NCBI GenBank assembly: GCA_002269645.1
Contig: NIVC01002532.1
Span: 11,195-75,194 of the forward strand
Direction: 5' to 3'
Source: Macrostomum lignano
Lineage: Eukaryota
DNA length: 64,000 nucleotides
Both the position numbers and the translations under genes were made by a program. The notes below the pieces were generated by a model. That model was not told the DNA's origin, did no database searches, and was given only the letters and a program-made list of their open reading frames with translations. Positions 47,172 to 59,520 of this stretch are shown one piece after another. How positions within the stretch are numbered: position 1 is the first letter of the stretch; every line of letters starts with the position of its first letter.

Positions 47172-47812
47172 TCAGCGCAGCACCAGCAGCTCAAAGTCGT
47201 TGCTGCGGTGCTCCTTGCCGCCCCAGGGGAAGGAAGCGGCCTTGAATGACTCGGCGAAATAGCCGTAGACCCGGCTGCCGTTCACGGCGCCCCTGGCAAT
47301 GAAGAGCGGCTCTCCGGTGTCGCTGCAGCCTCCGGCGATGGCGCCAGACGGCGGAGGCCCGGAGCCGTCGGAAGGCTGCCAGTCGAACGCCACGTGACCG
47401 AAGGAGTCGATGGAGGAGTCGCAGAGCACCTCGTACTCGGGGAACGAGAGCTCGGAGCCGGCGTGCGAAGCGTGGCAGCACTTGTGCCCGCGGGCGGCCT
47501 GAAAGCGGTGGCGCAATGCTTTGCGGTCGGATTCAACACTGGCTGCAGACTGCTGCCCTCAGTCATCTCAAAGTCATCTCACCTTGCCAGGCAGCATGTG
47601 GTAGCCATGGTGCGCCCTGGCCACGAAGGTGCCGGCGGAGTCGCGGCCCTCGATGGCGCGGTCGGGAATCCGGCCACCTCGGGCTACCGGCACCCAGCTC
47701 AGGTACAGCTGATTGCGGCGGCCCACGCCGAACTGCGCCTGCTTTGATGGGGACGAGTCTAGCGGTGGAGCTTTCTTGCAGTCACCGCTGGACTCGTAGC
47801 TTGGCGGTTGGC
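47172..47812 (-). CDS. DM9-repeat protein (two DM9 repeats); 5' exon(s) not resolved
   Basis: Exons 47812-47583 and 47498-47172. Motifs LSWVPVARGGRIPDRAIEG...FVARAHHGYHMLPGK...EYEVL and FDWQPS...PSGAIAGG...GEPLFIARG...PWGGKE...FELL match the DM9 consensus. Confidence 0.8.
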
Positions 47813-47819
47813 CTGGAGT

Positions 47820-48800
47820 GGACATTGCGGATGCTCGCATGCGACGGGTGGATGGGGTAGACATTGTACATGCGGTGGATGCAGTGGACATTGCAGGCAT
47901 AGATGTGGTGGACACAGATGTCGTGGACATAGTAGATTAGGTGGATGCAGTAGACATTGCACATGCGGTGGATGCAGTGGACATTGCAGACATAGATGTG
48001 GTGGACACAGATGTCGTGGATACAGCAGATGAGGTGGACATTGCAAATGAGATGGATATAGCAGATGAGGTGGACATTGCAGATGAGATGGATATAGCAG
48101 ATGAGGTGGACATTGCAGATAAGGTGGATATAGCAGATGAGGTGGACATTGCAAATGAGATGGATATAGCAGATGTGGTGGACATTGCAGATGAGGTGGA
48201 TATAGCAGATGAGGTGGACATTGCAAATGAGATGGATATAGCAGATGTGGTGGACATTGCAGATGAGGTGGATATAGCAGATGAGGTGGACATTGCAAAT
48301 GAGATGGATATAGCAGATGAGGTGGACATTGCAAATGAGATGGATATAGCAGATGAGGTGGACATTGCAGATGAGGTGGATATAGCAGATGAGGTGGACA
48401 TTGCAAATGAGATGGATATAGCAGATGTGGTGGACATTGCAGATGAGGTGGATATAGCAGATGTGGTGGACATTGCAGATGAGGTGGATATAGCAGATGT
48501 GGTGGACATTGCAGATGAGGTGGATATAGCAGATGTGGTGGACATTGCAGATGAGGTGGATATAGCAGATGTGGTGGACATTGCAGATGAGGTGGATATA
48601 GCAGATGAGGTCGACATTGCAAATGAGATGGATATAGCAGATGTGGTGGACATTGCAAATGAGATGGATATAGCAGATGTGGTGGACATTGCAAATGAGA
48701 TGGATATAGCAGATGTGGTGGACATTGCAAATGAGATGGATATAGCAGATGTGGTGGACATTGCAGATGAGGTGGACATTGCAGATGCAGTGGACATGTT
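47820..48800. repeat. 18-bp/36-bp higher-order minisatellite in the DM9 gene intron
   Basis: Alternating GCAGATGAGGTGGACATT / GCAGATGAGGTGGATATA units. Confidence 0.95.
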
Positions 48801-49395
48801 TTCATGCTCGAATGCAGCCCTACATCATTATTGAAGAAATAAAAAGACAAGTCTAAGACTTCTGCTAAACAAATCCAACTAGGGCTGCAGCTAAGAAATA
48901 GCATTTATATTATCGCTAAATTTGGATAAGATTTCGTATTTATTGAAAAATTACTAAGCCAAACGAGATACACTCCAGACAGCATCCCAGTTAGTTGCAG
49001 GAGCTGTCCGCAGTGTCCGCAGTAGCAGGATGATGGGGGAGAGGTCGCAGAGGTCTGAAATACTTCAATTCTTTTGTCACCTGATCCCGCTGAAGGCTCG
49101 GCAGGACAAGAGATTGACTCGTACTAACAATAGTTTAGTACTGAGAATGAAGTTGCAAAAGGCATTCTTGCTTCTCATAAGCAATTAATTCACAGATGAG
49201 GCGCTTAGGAGGCTGCTCTGCGATGGTGGTTCAGTAAAGTTTTAAGAAAAACAGATTCAGAGGGTACAGAGCGACATTGTGAGGAGTTTGGCTTCTACAA
49301 ATTTGAAACAAGGACCACAAATACCGTAAAGATTTGCCCTGGCTCAGCTTAGCTAACTAAACAATGTAACAGTCCGCTTGGCAGCAGTTTAATAA

Positions 49396-49835
49396 GTGAT
49401 TCACTCACTACTTTACTGCAATTCATTCATTCACCACAAAGTGTGATTCACTACTTTACTGCAATTCATTCACCACAAAGTGTGATTCACTACTTTACTG
49501 CAATTCATTCATTCACCACAAAGTGTGATTCACTACTTTACTGCAATTCATTCACCACAAAGTGTGATTGACTACTTTACTGCAATTCATTCACCACAAA
49601 GTGTGATTCACTACTTTAACTGCAATTCATTCACCAAAAAGTGTGATTCACTACTTTACTGCAATTCATTCACCACAAAGTGTGATTCACTACTTTAACT
49701 GCAATTCATTCACCAAAAAGTGTGATTCACTACTTTACTGCAATTCATTCACCACAAAGTGTGATTCACTACTTTAACTGCAATTCATTCACCAAAAAGT
49801 GTGATTCACTACTTTACTGCAATTCATTCACCACT
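49396..49835. repeat. ~39-bp tandem repeat (~11 copies)
   Basis: GTGATTCACTACTTTACTGCAATTCATTCACCACAAAGT. Confidence 0.95.
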
Positions 49836-50083
49836 GATTTTGATTCACCCTATGCTTCAATTAAGCTCCGCACAGCGACAGCCCCAATGCGAGTTTATAT
49901 CGCAGCAAAATAAAAATCAAAACAGGCTTCACACAAAATCCCACATAAAAGCAAAAGTAGAGCAAATATACAAAGACTCTATCGCTATGTGAGGTGTCAA
50001 ACGCATGAATTCGAGCCCACAGTCCCACAGCTGCCCAGCCACAGTCGAAGCCGCTCCCCCGAAACACTCAAATCGCCGGTGCC

Positions 50084-51468
50084 TCAGGCCACCCTGGAGC
50101 AGATGGTGTCGGTGAACTGGGAGCAGGTGGCGCCGCCGCCCAGATCCTTGGTGCGGGCGCGCCCGTCACCAATGCTGTCCAGACAGGCCTTCTCGATGCG
50201 GTCGGCGAACTCGCCCAGCTGCATGTGGCGGAGCATCATGACGCCTGACAGCAGCAGGGCAGTGGGGTTGGCCAGGTCCTTGCCCGCGATGTCAGGCGCA
50301 GTGCCGTGGACAGACTCGAAGATGGCGCCGCTTTCCCCGATGTTGCCGCTGGGGGTGACGCCGAGGCCGCCCACCAGGCCGGCGCACAGGTCGCTGAGGA
50401 TGTCGCCGTACAGATTGGGCATCACCAGAACGTCGAACTGGGTCGGGTCCTGCGGGGTTCCGGTTCAATGTTGAAGGCATTGGGTTCACTAGCAGCAGCA
50501 GAACCAGGTGTAGGACCCTCGGCATACTCGTGCATAAGCAATAAAACCCATACCTATTAAGCAACAGCAGGAATACCCATGAAGAAAACCCATGACCTCA
50601 CCTGCACCATGTTGAGGCAGACGGTGTCCAGGTAGGCCTCGGCAAACTCAACCCCGGGATGCTTGTGCGCCTCCTCGCGGCAGCACTTCAAAAACAGGCC
50701 GTCGCTGAGCCGCATGATGTTGGCCTTGTGCACCGCCGTCACCTTGCGGCGGCCTTCGCGGAGCGCGAACTCAAAGGCGAACTTGGCCACGCGGCGCGAG
50801 GCCGTCTCCGTTATGAGCTTGATGCTCTGCACCACGCCGTCAACGATGATGTGCTCGATGCCGGAGTACTCGCCCTCGGTGTTCTCCCTGATGGTCACCA
50901 GGTCGACGTTCTTGTAGGGGGTGGGGTAGCCCTCCAGCGAGCGGCAGGGCCGCACGTTGGCGTACAGGTTGAACTCCTTGCGCAGCGCCAGGTTGAGGGA
51001 GCGGTGGCCCTTGCCCACAGGCGTGGCCAGGGGACCCTTCAGCCCGATGCCGTGCTTGTTCACCGAGTCGATGGCCTTCTGCGGGATCCGGAACTGCCCG
51101 TCCGGGCCCTTCACCGGCGTTACATCGACCTCGTCCCAGGCGATTGGCACCTGCGGGGAGGAGGGCGGCATCTCCGATTCGTGTGCTCCAACGATGCGAA
51201 TTAAAGATAACTTCAGGCAAACACAGGCACAGGGTGCACAAGAAAAACGACAAAGAAAATATTTCTATTGCCTTCTCTATCTGCTTCTCACCTTGGCGGC
51301 AGCGAAAATCTTCTTAACAGAGTTGGAGATCTCGGGCCCGATTCCGTCACCTGGAATCAGCGTGACGGTGCGGGTGCCACCAGCAGCGGCAGCTGACAGA
51401 CCCCGACTGGCCTGCAGCAGCTGGCTGGGCCGCTTCATCAACTGGAGTAACAGCTGGTGGCTGGGCAT
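50084..51468 (-). CDS. IDH3A: NAD-dependent isocitrate dehydrogenase 3, alpha (catalytic) subunit, 3 exons, ~363 aa
   Basis: Exons 51468-51292, 51150-50602, 50449-50084 (phase 0). Motifs [81 protein letters not shown]. Confidence 0.96.
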
Positions 51469-51644
51469 TTTGTAGCTGGGCTGGCAGAGCAGCAATAGAT
51501 GCGGGTGAGACAAAGCAGTTGGCCCTATAATGCACAAAATTCCCGCTGGCCACTTTATGGAGCCAGTCGCCACGGAGAGCCCACCACACTTCAGGGAACC
51601 CGCCTCCTTAAGAGATCCTACCTTTACAGAGAGCTTGTCTCCTC

Positions 51645-52050
51645 ACAGAGCCCGCCTCCTTCAGAGCCCGCCTCCTTCAGAGCCCGCCTCCTTCACAGAG
51701 CCCGCCTTCTTCAGAACCCGCCTCCTTCAGAGAACCCGCCTCCTTCAGAGAGCCCGCCTCCTTCAGAGAGCCCGCCTCCTTCAGAGAGCCCGCCTCCTTC
51801 AGAGAGTCCAACTTCTTCACAGAGCCCGCCTCCTTCACAGAGCCCACCTTCTTCAGAGAGCCCGCCTTCTTCAGAACCCGCCTCCTTCACAGAGCCCACC
51901 TTCTTCAGAGAGCCCGCCTTCTTCAGAACCCGCCTCCTTCACAGAGCCCACCTTCTTCAGAGAGCCCGCCTTCTTCAGAACCCGCCTCCTTCACAGAGCC
52001 CACCTTCTTCAGAGAGCCCGCCTCCTTCAGAGAGCCCGCCTCCTTCGCTT
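51645..52050. repeat. ~18-bp minisatellite between KIF6 and IDH3A
   Basis: CAGAGCCCGCCTCCTTCA units. Confidence 0.95.
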
Positions 52051-52670
52051 CCATCCGAGAAACCTTGCTTCTCTTTATAGATACCATTTCCCTCCACAAA
52101 CGGCCCGCTTCCCACTACATTGCTCACTAACCTTATAGCAATGCATTCTTAGCCTAGCCCAAAGAATGAAAACGTCATCAAAAAACAAAAAGATGCAGGA
52201 AATATTGCAATTAGCTAAAAACTGCTCATTAATTATTACACCCTTGCTCTGATAAGGCGAAGCAACTTGGTTGCATAAAAAACTCACCCATAAAAATCGG
52301 AAACAATTTCAATAATAAGGCAGCAAGTTTATACAGTTAAAAAGGCCTCTCTGTACAATAAATTAGAAAACAGAAATGATAAAACGAACGCAATAATTAC
52401 ACGTATCATTAATATTACTAAACTATAAGGCTGGGAATGAGCTAGGCCAGCTTCCAGAACGGAAGAGTCAGCAAGAGGAATGCAAAATTCAATTCAAGGC
52501 TTCGCAAATCACAAACTAAGACTTGCGAACTGACAAAATTGTGCGACAAAAAAGGAATATAAAGTAAAGCCAAAAATCAATCGCGCGATCATCAGAATAT
52601 AAAACTGGATGGACGGATTCGGTGCATTAATCTATAACTGCAGACTGCACAGCTGGATAATTGACAGGCC

Positions 52671-55600
52671 TCAGTGCCTCTGCGACTGTTTCAGCAGGTT
52701 CTGCCTGGCCCGCATGAAGGCCATGATTTCCGCGTCCGTCTCCTTGTCGCCTGAAATTGGCGGGTGAGGCACTGTTAAGCAGACTTGGCCGCGGTTAGTA
52801 CGAGGCTAAATAGGCTGGCGTCACCCATCCCTAACTTTAGGATGCCGGATGGTCAGCAGCTCGAAGTTCAACAGAGCATTTCTTTCCGAGAGTTGCCATG
52901 GCATCGCTGATCACAGAACAGCCACAAAAGCACTGACCAGTTGACCAGCTGTCATGGCATCGCTGATCACAGAACAGCCACAAAAGCACTGACCAGTGAC
53001 CAACACAGATCTGTTTGCTGATTTGCATTAGTTAAACTGTATGGCCAACCGCCACAGGTGGATGTACACACATCCATAAATTTTCCCCATGCATATAGCT
53101 GGCCAATTTAGCGCTTATGCAATGTACAGCCCAAGTCACCGAATAGGTAAAATGCTCCCTTTTCGACTATCAAGGCTCAGCATACTCCGGTGCCCCAAAG
53201 CCTCACCAGTCAGCTGAATTCCCGCAGCTGCATCGCCAGTAGATCCTGTCCGCTGCTTGCCCGGCCGGCTGCCCGCGCCGCTTGGCGGGCGGCTGCCGCT
53301 GCTTGCCGCAACCGCCCGGCCACCAGCGCTGCCTGGAGGTGTCGGCCAAGCGGCAGTGGTGGCTGCGGCGGCTGCGGCGTTAGCGCTACTCTGCTCAGCC
53401 CACCAGGCTTTAAAGTCCTTGACCAGGCGCACCTTGAGCATCTCCAGCTGGTGCTGCTGGTGCTCGATCTCCGCCTTCAAGGATTTGAGCCGCTGGAAGC
53501 TGTCCCGATACTCCGCCTTGCTCTGCTCCATGTCCGCCCGCAGCGCTGCCTCCTCGCTGCTGTCGGATTCGCTGCCGAGCGCCCGCCGCAGCCGCGCCCG
53601 CTCGAGGCCGGCCTTGAGCCGCTCGATGGCCTGGCGGGACTCGTTGACGCTGGCGCCCAGCTGCTTGGCCAGGCCATAGTTGTCCCGCAGCCGCTGCTTG
53701 TGCCGCTCGATCTCCGGGTTGCCGGCGTAGTCGCGCTTGAACAGCTCGAACGCCTCCTGCCGGCCCAGCGACAGCTGCCCGCCCAGGATTCGAGCCTTGG
53801 CCGACTGCTCCAGCTGCTGGCTCAGCCGGTCGGACTCGCCGCCTGTGGACTCAGTCGGCTGATGCAGTGCGGGCGGCTGCTGCCGCTGAGGCTGGGCTGC
53901 GACCGAAGGCAAGGAGGCTGAGTGGGACATCGATGCCGCAGTATCGGCCGGCTTGGAGAAGGTGCGGTTGAACTTCTTGGGCGACTGGTCCAGCTGCAGA
54001 TTGGCAGCCTGTAGAGGCGAATGAAGGATTCGGATTTAGCCAGATTTTTAAATAATAGAGGAATATCTAAAAAGGGACATAATAAACATTATTGTCTCAC
54101 ATTGGCCCCCGGAGACTCGGCCATCTGCTGCAGCATGACGGAGGCCTCGGCGGCCCGCCGCTTCTCCTGCTTGAGCATGCCGACAAGGATGACGATTTCG
54201 TTGTCCCGCTGGCTGATGGTCTCGCGCAGTTCGCGCACCTCCTTGGTGGCCAGCGGCTCCGGCGCGATGGTGACGATCTGCTGCGGGGGCGCCGGTTCGG
54301 CGGGGGTCGCAGCCGCCTTGGCCGCATCCCGGATGAGGCGGAAGCACTGGCCCAGCTTGCGGCCGTCGAATCCAACGCTGGCCAGCGGGCTGGCATTGGT
54401 GTCGGCCAGGAAGGCGTCGACGGCGGCGCGGCACAGCTGGAGCTCCTCCTCGGTCAGTTCGTCGTCCCGCTGCTCGCCAGTGAGCGCGGCGATCTCCGCC
54501 TTCAGCTGGGCCACCTCGGAGCGCAGGCGGGAGATCAGCAGGCTGGGGTCCAGCTCCTCGTTGAGCACCGCATCGTTCTTGATGATTGCAACTCGCTGAG
54601 CAAAGCGGCAGGTTGAGATGGTCTCGCCCAGGTTGGCCGACTCCACTGAGAGAGTGGCGATCATGGTTGTCATGCAGTTGCCACCCAGACTGTCCCTCAA
54701 CACCGAGGTCATCATGGAGTTGCGGTAGGGCACGTGGCTTCGGGACCGCTCGGACAGGGCGACGATGACCTGCAGGATTGGCAGGAAAATTTTTTTCCTG
54801 ATGTTGGTAAACAGCAGGAATACAAAGGATTTTCCGCCAGATTCTACAGCAAGCTGGAGTGAGAGTCGGAAATATCTACTTCAACCCTCAGCTCAACCAG
54901 GCCTTACTGAAATAGCAAGCACTCGATTCTTAGAACCTTGTCGGAAACTTCAATGCGGTAAAAAGATTGTTGAAATATTGTTTTTAAATCATCAGGCTTA
55001 CCTGCTCCAGGTAGTGCAGGGACAAATTGATGTACTTGGCCTCGGTGAGCAGGAGCCCATTGACGCCAGTTTTGCTGACCCGCTCGCTTCCGGCCAGGTC
55101 AACCAGGTGCAGTTTGGCGCGGCGCACTGTGGCGGAGCCGACCTCCTTCACAGTGAGGTGGGCGGTGAAAATGCAGTGGGAGCGGGTGGATGCCTGGTTC
55201 ATGGGCGTCTCTGCAATCATGCGGTTCGTGTCGCCTACAAACAGCAGGTTGAGGGCGTCCTCCTCGCTGGCGGCCGGGTGCACCGACAGGTTCTTGAGGT
55301 GGATCTGCTGGCCGGCATCCTCAAACAGCGTGACCTTGGGCAGGTCTTCCAAGCGGGCAGCCTCATGCTTCGGGTCAAGCAGGTCGTAGCCGTTCTCATT
55401 GTAAATCTCCAGGTAGGAGACGCCCAGGCTGAACTCGAACTCGGGACGCTGCTCGAAGTAGGCGAATATGTAGGACAGAGTTCTCGGGATGATGCCCCGG
55501 TCAGCGTAGCGCTCGGCCCCGCCAGTCACGGTGAAGGTCTTGCCGCTGCCGGTCTGTCCGTAGGCAAAGATGGTGCCATTGTAGCCGCTCAGCACATTGT

Positions 55601-55847
55601 TGATGACGGGCCGGGCCACGTGCTCGAACACGTCCTCCTGTCGGCAGTCGGTGGCAAACACCCGCTCGAAGCGGAACTTGAAATGTTCCTTCTTGTTGTT
55701 CACCGAGCCGTCTGTGAGCTCGCGCGGGCACACGAAGCTGATGCGGGGCTTGCCCTCGGCGTCAGAGTCGACATCGTAGTTGCTGAGCCGGGCCTTGGAG
55801 GAGGGCGGCTTCAGCCGGCAGAAGATTTGGATTGTCTGCTTCACCAT
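52671..55847 (-). CDS. KIF6: Kinesin-9 family motor KIF6, 4 exons, ~798 aa
   Basis: Exons 55847-55002, 54769-54101, 54008-53207, 52750-52671 (phases 0, 0, 1). N-terminus MVKQTIQIFCR, P-loop GQTGSGKT, ETPMNQASTRSH, LVDLAGSER, PYRNSMMTSVLRDSLGGN, and C-terminal LTGDKETDAEIMAFMRARQ as recalled for KIF6. Confidence 0.95.
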
Positions 55848-55987
55848 CAGCTGCTGCTGCTGGTTGGTCGCGCAGCAGTGGTTTTTGGGGATTGAGATAA
55901 GCCTGGAGACACTGTAGTGACGGCATGGCACCGGAGGGTTAGGAGACACTCGAGGGTAAGCAGGAAAGGATAGATATCCCATAATGG

Positions 55988-56262
55988 GATGGGAGGACAC
56001 TGGATGGGATGGGAGGACACTGGATGGGACGGAATGACACTGGGTGGGACGGAATGACACTGGATGGGATGGAATGACACTGGATGGGATGGAATGACAC
56101 TGGGTGGGACGGAATGACACTGGATGGGATGGAATGACACTGGATGGGATGGAATGACACTGGATGGGATGGAATGACACTGGGTGGGATGGAATGACAC
56201 TGGGTGGGATGGAATGACTGGAATGGTGGAGGATGGAATGGTGGGATGGGAGACACTGAACT
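55988..56262. repeat. 20-bp minisatellite between TMEM168 and KIF6
   Basis: GACACTGGATGGGATGGAAT units. Confidence 0.94.
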
Positions 56263-56552
56263 GATGGCTGCTTCAACTTATCTGTCAGAAATCGGGGCTA
56301 AAAGGAAGCAAAAAGCGGCGAACTGATTATGATATCAAACAAATATCAAACAAAATTTGATATCAAACAAAAATCCATACAAAAAATGTTAAATGTATTT
56401 AATTGATGCACAACAAAAAACTGTATAGTGCAAAATTCACAGCGCAGTGCAGCAAAAGTGTGGACTAGTTGATGAATCTAAAAAGTGATGCGATAAAAGA
56501 GCGCAATAAAAGCATTGAATTAAAGTGACTAGCAAAGCCATCTCATGCGAGG

Positions 56553-58768
56553 CTAAATGGTCAGCAGTGAGAAACCCAGGCCGGTGTCCAGCAGTGGAGG
56601 CGGGCACAGCTGCATGCGGCAGCGGCGGCAGGCGGCAAAGCCCGACCACAGCAGGCGGCGCAGGCGGCTCGGCAGGTCGCAGAGGCGGCAAGCCGGAGCC
56701 GGCGGAGCGAAGGCGGACCAACCGGGAGACACGGCGTACACCAGGCCGACCTTCGGCCGCGCGCCCTCTGGCGAAGCTGGCGGCATCGGCGGCAGCTCGG
56801 CCAGGCGGCTGGTGAAAACCGGTGTGAACCGGTCCAGCAGCCCCGTGTGCGTCTGTAGCGCCACGCTAACCGACTGCGGCAGCGCCCGAACTGCCGGCAG
56901 CCACCGCCTGCCGTGCTCTGCGTCCGACACCACCAGCAGGCGACTGCTGCGGCTGGCCGGCGACTGAAAGCATGGGTGAGGCGGCTGAGTGAAGCACCTG
57001 ATTGTTCATCTTCCCCACAGATCAGCACCTGATTGTTCATCTTCCCCACAGATCAGCACCTGATTGTTTATCTTCCCCACAGATCAGCACCTGATTGTTC
57101 ATCTTCCCCACAGATCAGCACCTGATTGTTTATCTTCCCCACAGATCAGCACCTGATTCCCCATCTTCCCCACAGATCAGCACCTGATTCCCCATCTTCC
57201 CCACAGATCAGCACCTGATTCCCCATGATCCATCACAAAGGGCCAACCTCATTCCACAGCCGCAACAAGCTGTCCAGGTCAAAGCCAGGCTCCCCAGGTG
57301 AGGTCAGCCAGTCGCCGCGCAGGCCGGAAGGTCCGCAATAATACACAATATAGGTGTGAAAGAGGCGGCCATTTGAGCCGGTCTGGTCGAACAGATCCCG
57401 CAGGCGATGCTTCAGCAAGTCGGCTGGCAGAGCGGCGGGCAAGTCGCAGGCGTGACAGGAGATGCCGCGGCAGGCGAGAAAGCGGCGGACCCGCTGCAGC
57501 AGAGCAGGCGGGCTGTCGCAGGGCGGCTGCCAGGCGGCCGGTAGGACCAATGCGTAGGCCAGGCAGGCGGAGGCGGCCGATTCGGCGGAGTCAGTGAGCT
57601 GGCAGCAGGTGGACAGCGCCGTAGCGTCCAAGCTGATGACGAGAGCAAAAACACCAGCGGTCAGCGGATCGCCCGCGGGCATTCGGAGGCCGCCGTCAGC
57701 GCCGCAGCCAAAGGCAGTCAGGAGACAGTCAGCAGCTAGACAGGCGCTCAGCAGCCAGACGCCCAGCTGTGCCAGCGGGTAAGCTTCAGAGCGACCATCG
57801 TCACTGTCAATCGGCCGGCGCAGACGGCGGCTCAGTTGCCATAGCAACGCCAGCCTGATACAGCGCAGGCAGAGCCACGCAGCGGCAGCCACAGGAAATG
57901 ACGCACTCGCTCCGCTATGCCGAAGGCTGCAGGACACGCACAGGAAGGCATCTGTGGCAGCGAGGCAGGCGAAGGCCAGAAGGCGGACGCGCGGTGCTCG
58001 GGCCAGGGGACTGCGGAACAGGCGGAGCGCAGGACCAGGGCTGGTCGGCAGGCAGTAGAGGCAGCAGCGGCAGCAGCAGCGCAGGAGGGGCGGCCCGAGG
58101 ATCCGCGCAGCAGCCAATGCCAAAGGTGCCGCACGAAGCTGCGGCGGGTCGCTGGTGCGAACGGCAGACCAGATAGCAGCCAGAGCGGCGGCAGTGAAGG
58201 GCGGGCCCAGGCAGCTGTGCATGCGCAAGAGGAGGCAGGAGGCAGACAGAGCGGGCACGGCCAGCCACAGCCAGACTGAGTGTCCGGGAGGCCACAGCAG
58301 GCAGGCAGCAGAGCAGAGGCCGGCCAGCTCGCAAACGACGCCCCAGACCTCCCAGGCGACGCCGCGAGCAGCATCGGCAGCGCCGAGCAGCGGATAGATG
58401 AGGCGGCTGACCATGAGGCGGATGGCTAAGAACATGGCCGAGAGCAGGTGCAGCCAGTCCGCCACCAGGTCGATGCGGCTGGCGCCGGGGGGCGCTGGCA
58501 GAGCGCCGGAAGCCGCTACGGCCCCTGCCAGGTGGCCGAGCCACAGGCGCAGCAGGAGGCGACCGCCAATGGAGAAGCGACGAGCCAAAGCCAGAGTTGT
58601 TATAGCAACCAGGCTGAGAGGCAGCAAGGCAGTGTAGATGTGCATGCTGCGGCTGTGCAGAGCCAGGGCGCTGCCAGTGAGCATGAAGCCGAGAGACATG
58701 CAGTGCGCCACCACGGAGAGTGGCAGGTTGCGGGGCAGGCTGTGCGCCAGCTGCTGCAGAGCTGCCAT
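56553..58768 (-). CDS. TMEM168: Transmembrane protein 168 ortholog (multi-pass N-terminus, soluble C-terminal domain), ~643 aa from ATG 58768
   Basis: Exons 58773/58768-57248 and 56963-56553 (phase 0). Many hydrophobic helices; TYIVYYCG..G.W, SRLLVVSD, VYAVS, and C-terminal PPLLDTGLGFSLL match the recalled TMEM168 tail (PTVLDTGQGFKL). A short upstream coding exon is possible. Confidence 0.8.
56996..57225. repeat. 31-bp tandem repeat (7 copies) in TMEM168 intron
   Basis: CACCTGATTGTTCATCTTCCCCACAGATCAG. Confidence 0.95.
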
Positions 58769-58786
58769 GTCGTCTGGAATAGAGAG

Positions 58787-59520
58787 ATTCAAGTACTCAG
58801 TTGGACGGCTTGCTCGCGTGGGTTGGAATCAAGATCACTGAATACACTCCAGAACTACATATGCTTCTACAGTTGGACAGCTTGCTCGCGTGGGTTCAAT
58901 CAAATCAAGATCACTGAATACACTCCAGAACTACATATGCTTCTACAGTTGGACAGCTTGCTCGCGTGGGTTGGAATCAAGATCACTGAATACACTCCAG
59001 AACTACATATGCTTCTACAGTTGGACAGCTTACTCGCGTGGGTTCAAATCAAGATCACTAAATACACTCCAGAACTACATATGCTTCTACAGTTGGACAG
59101 CTTGCTCGCGTGGGTTGGAATCAAGATCACTAAATACACTCCAGAACTACATATGCTTCTACAGTTGGACAGCTTACTCGCGTGGGTTGGAATCAAGATC
59201 ACTAAATACACTCCAGAACTACATATGCTTCTACAGTTGGACAGCTTGCTCGCGTGGGTTGGAATCAAGATCACTGAATACACTCCAGAACTACATATGC
59301 TTCTACAGTTGGACAGCTTGCTCGCGTGGGTTGGAATCAAGATCACTGAATACACTCCAGAACTACATATGCTTCTACAGTTGGACAGCTTGCTCGCGTG
59401 GGTTGGAATCAAGATCACTGAATACACTCCAGAACTACATATGCTTCTACAGTTGGACAGCTTGCTCGCGTGGGTTGGAATCAAGATCACTAAATACACT
59501 CCAGAACTACATATGCTTTT
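58787..59520. repeat. 72-bp tandem repeat (~10 copies) directly upstream of the TMEM168 acceptor
   Basis: GAATCAAGATCACTGAATACACTCCAGAACTACATATGCTTCTACAGTTGGACAGCTTGCTCGCGTGGGTTG. Confidence 0.96.

Noticed and set aside
47759-48904. Acidic VDIADE-repeat or HLQCPP-repeat proteins
   Set aside because: 18/36-bp array; a proper acceptor at 47813 places it in an intron.
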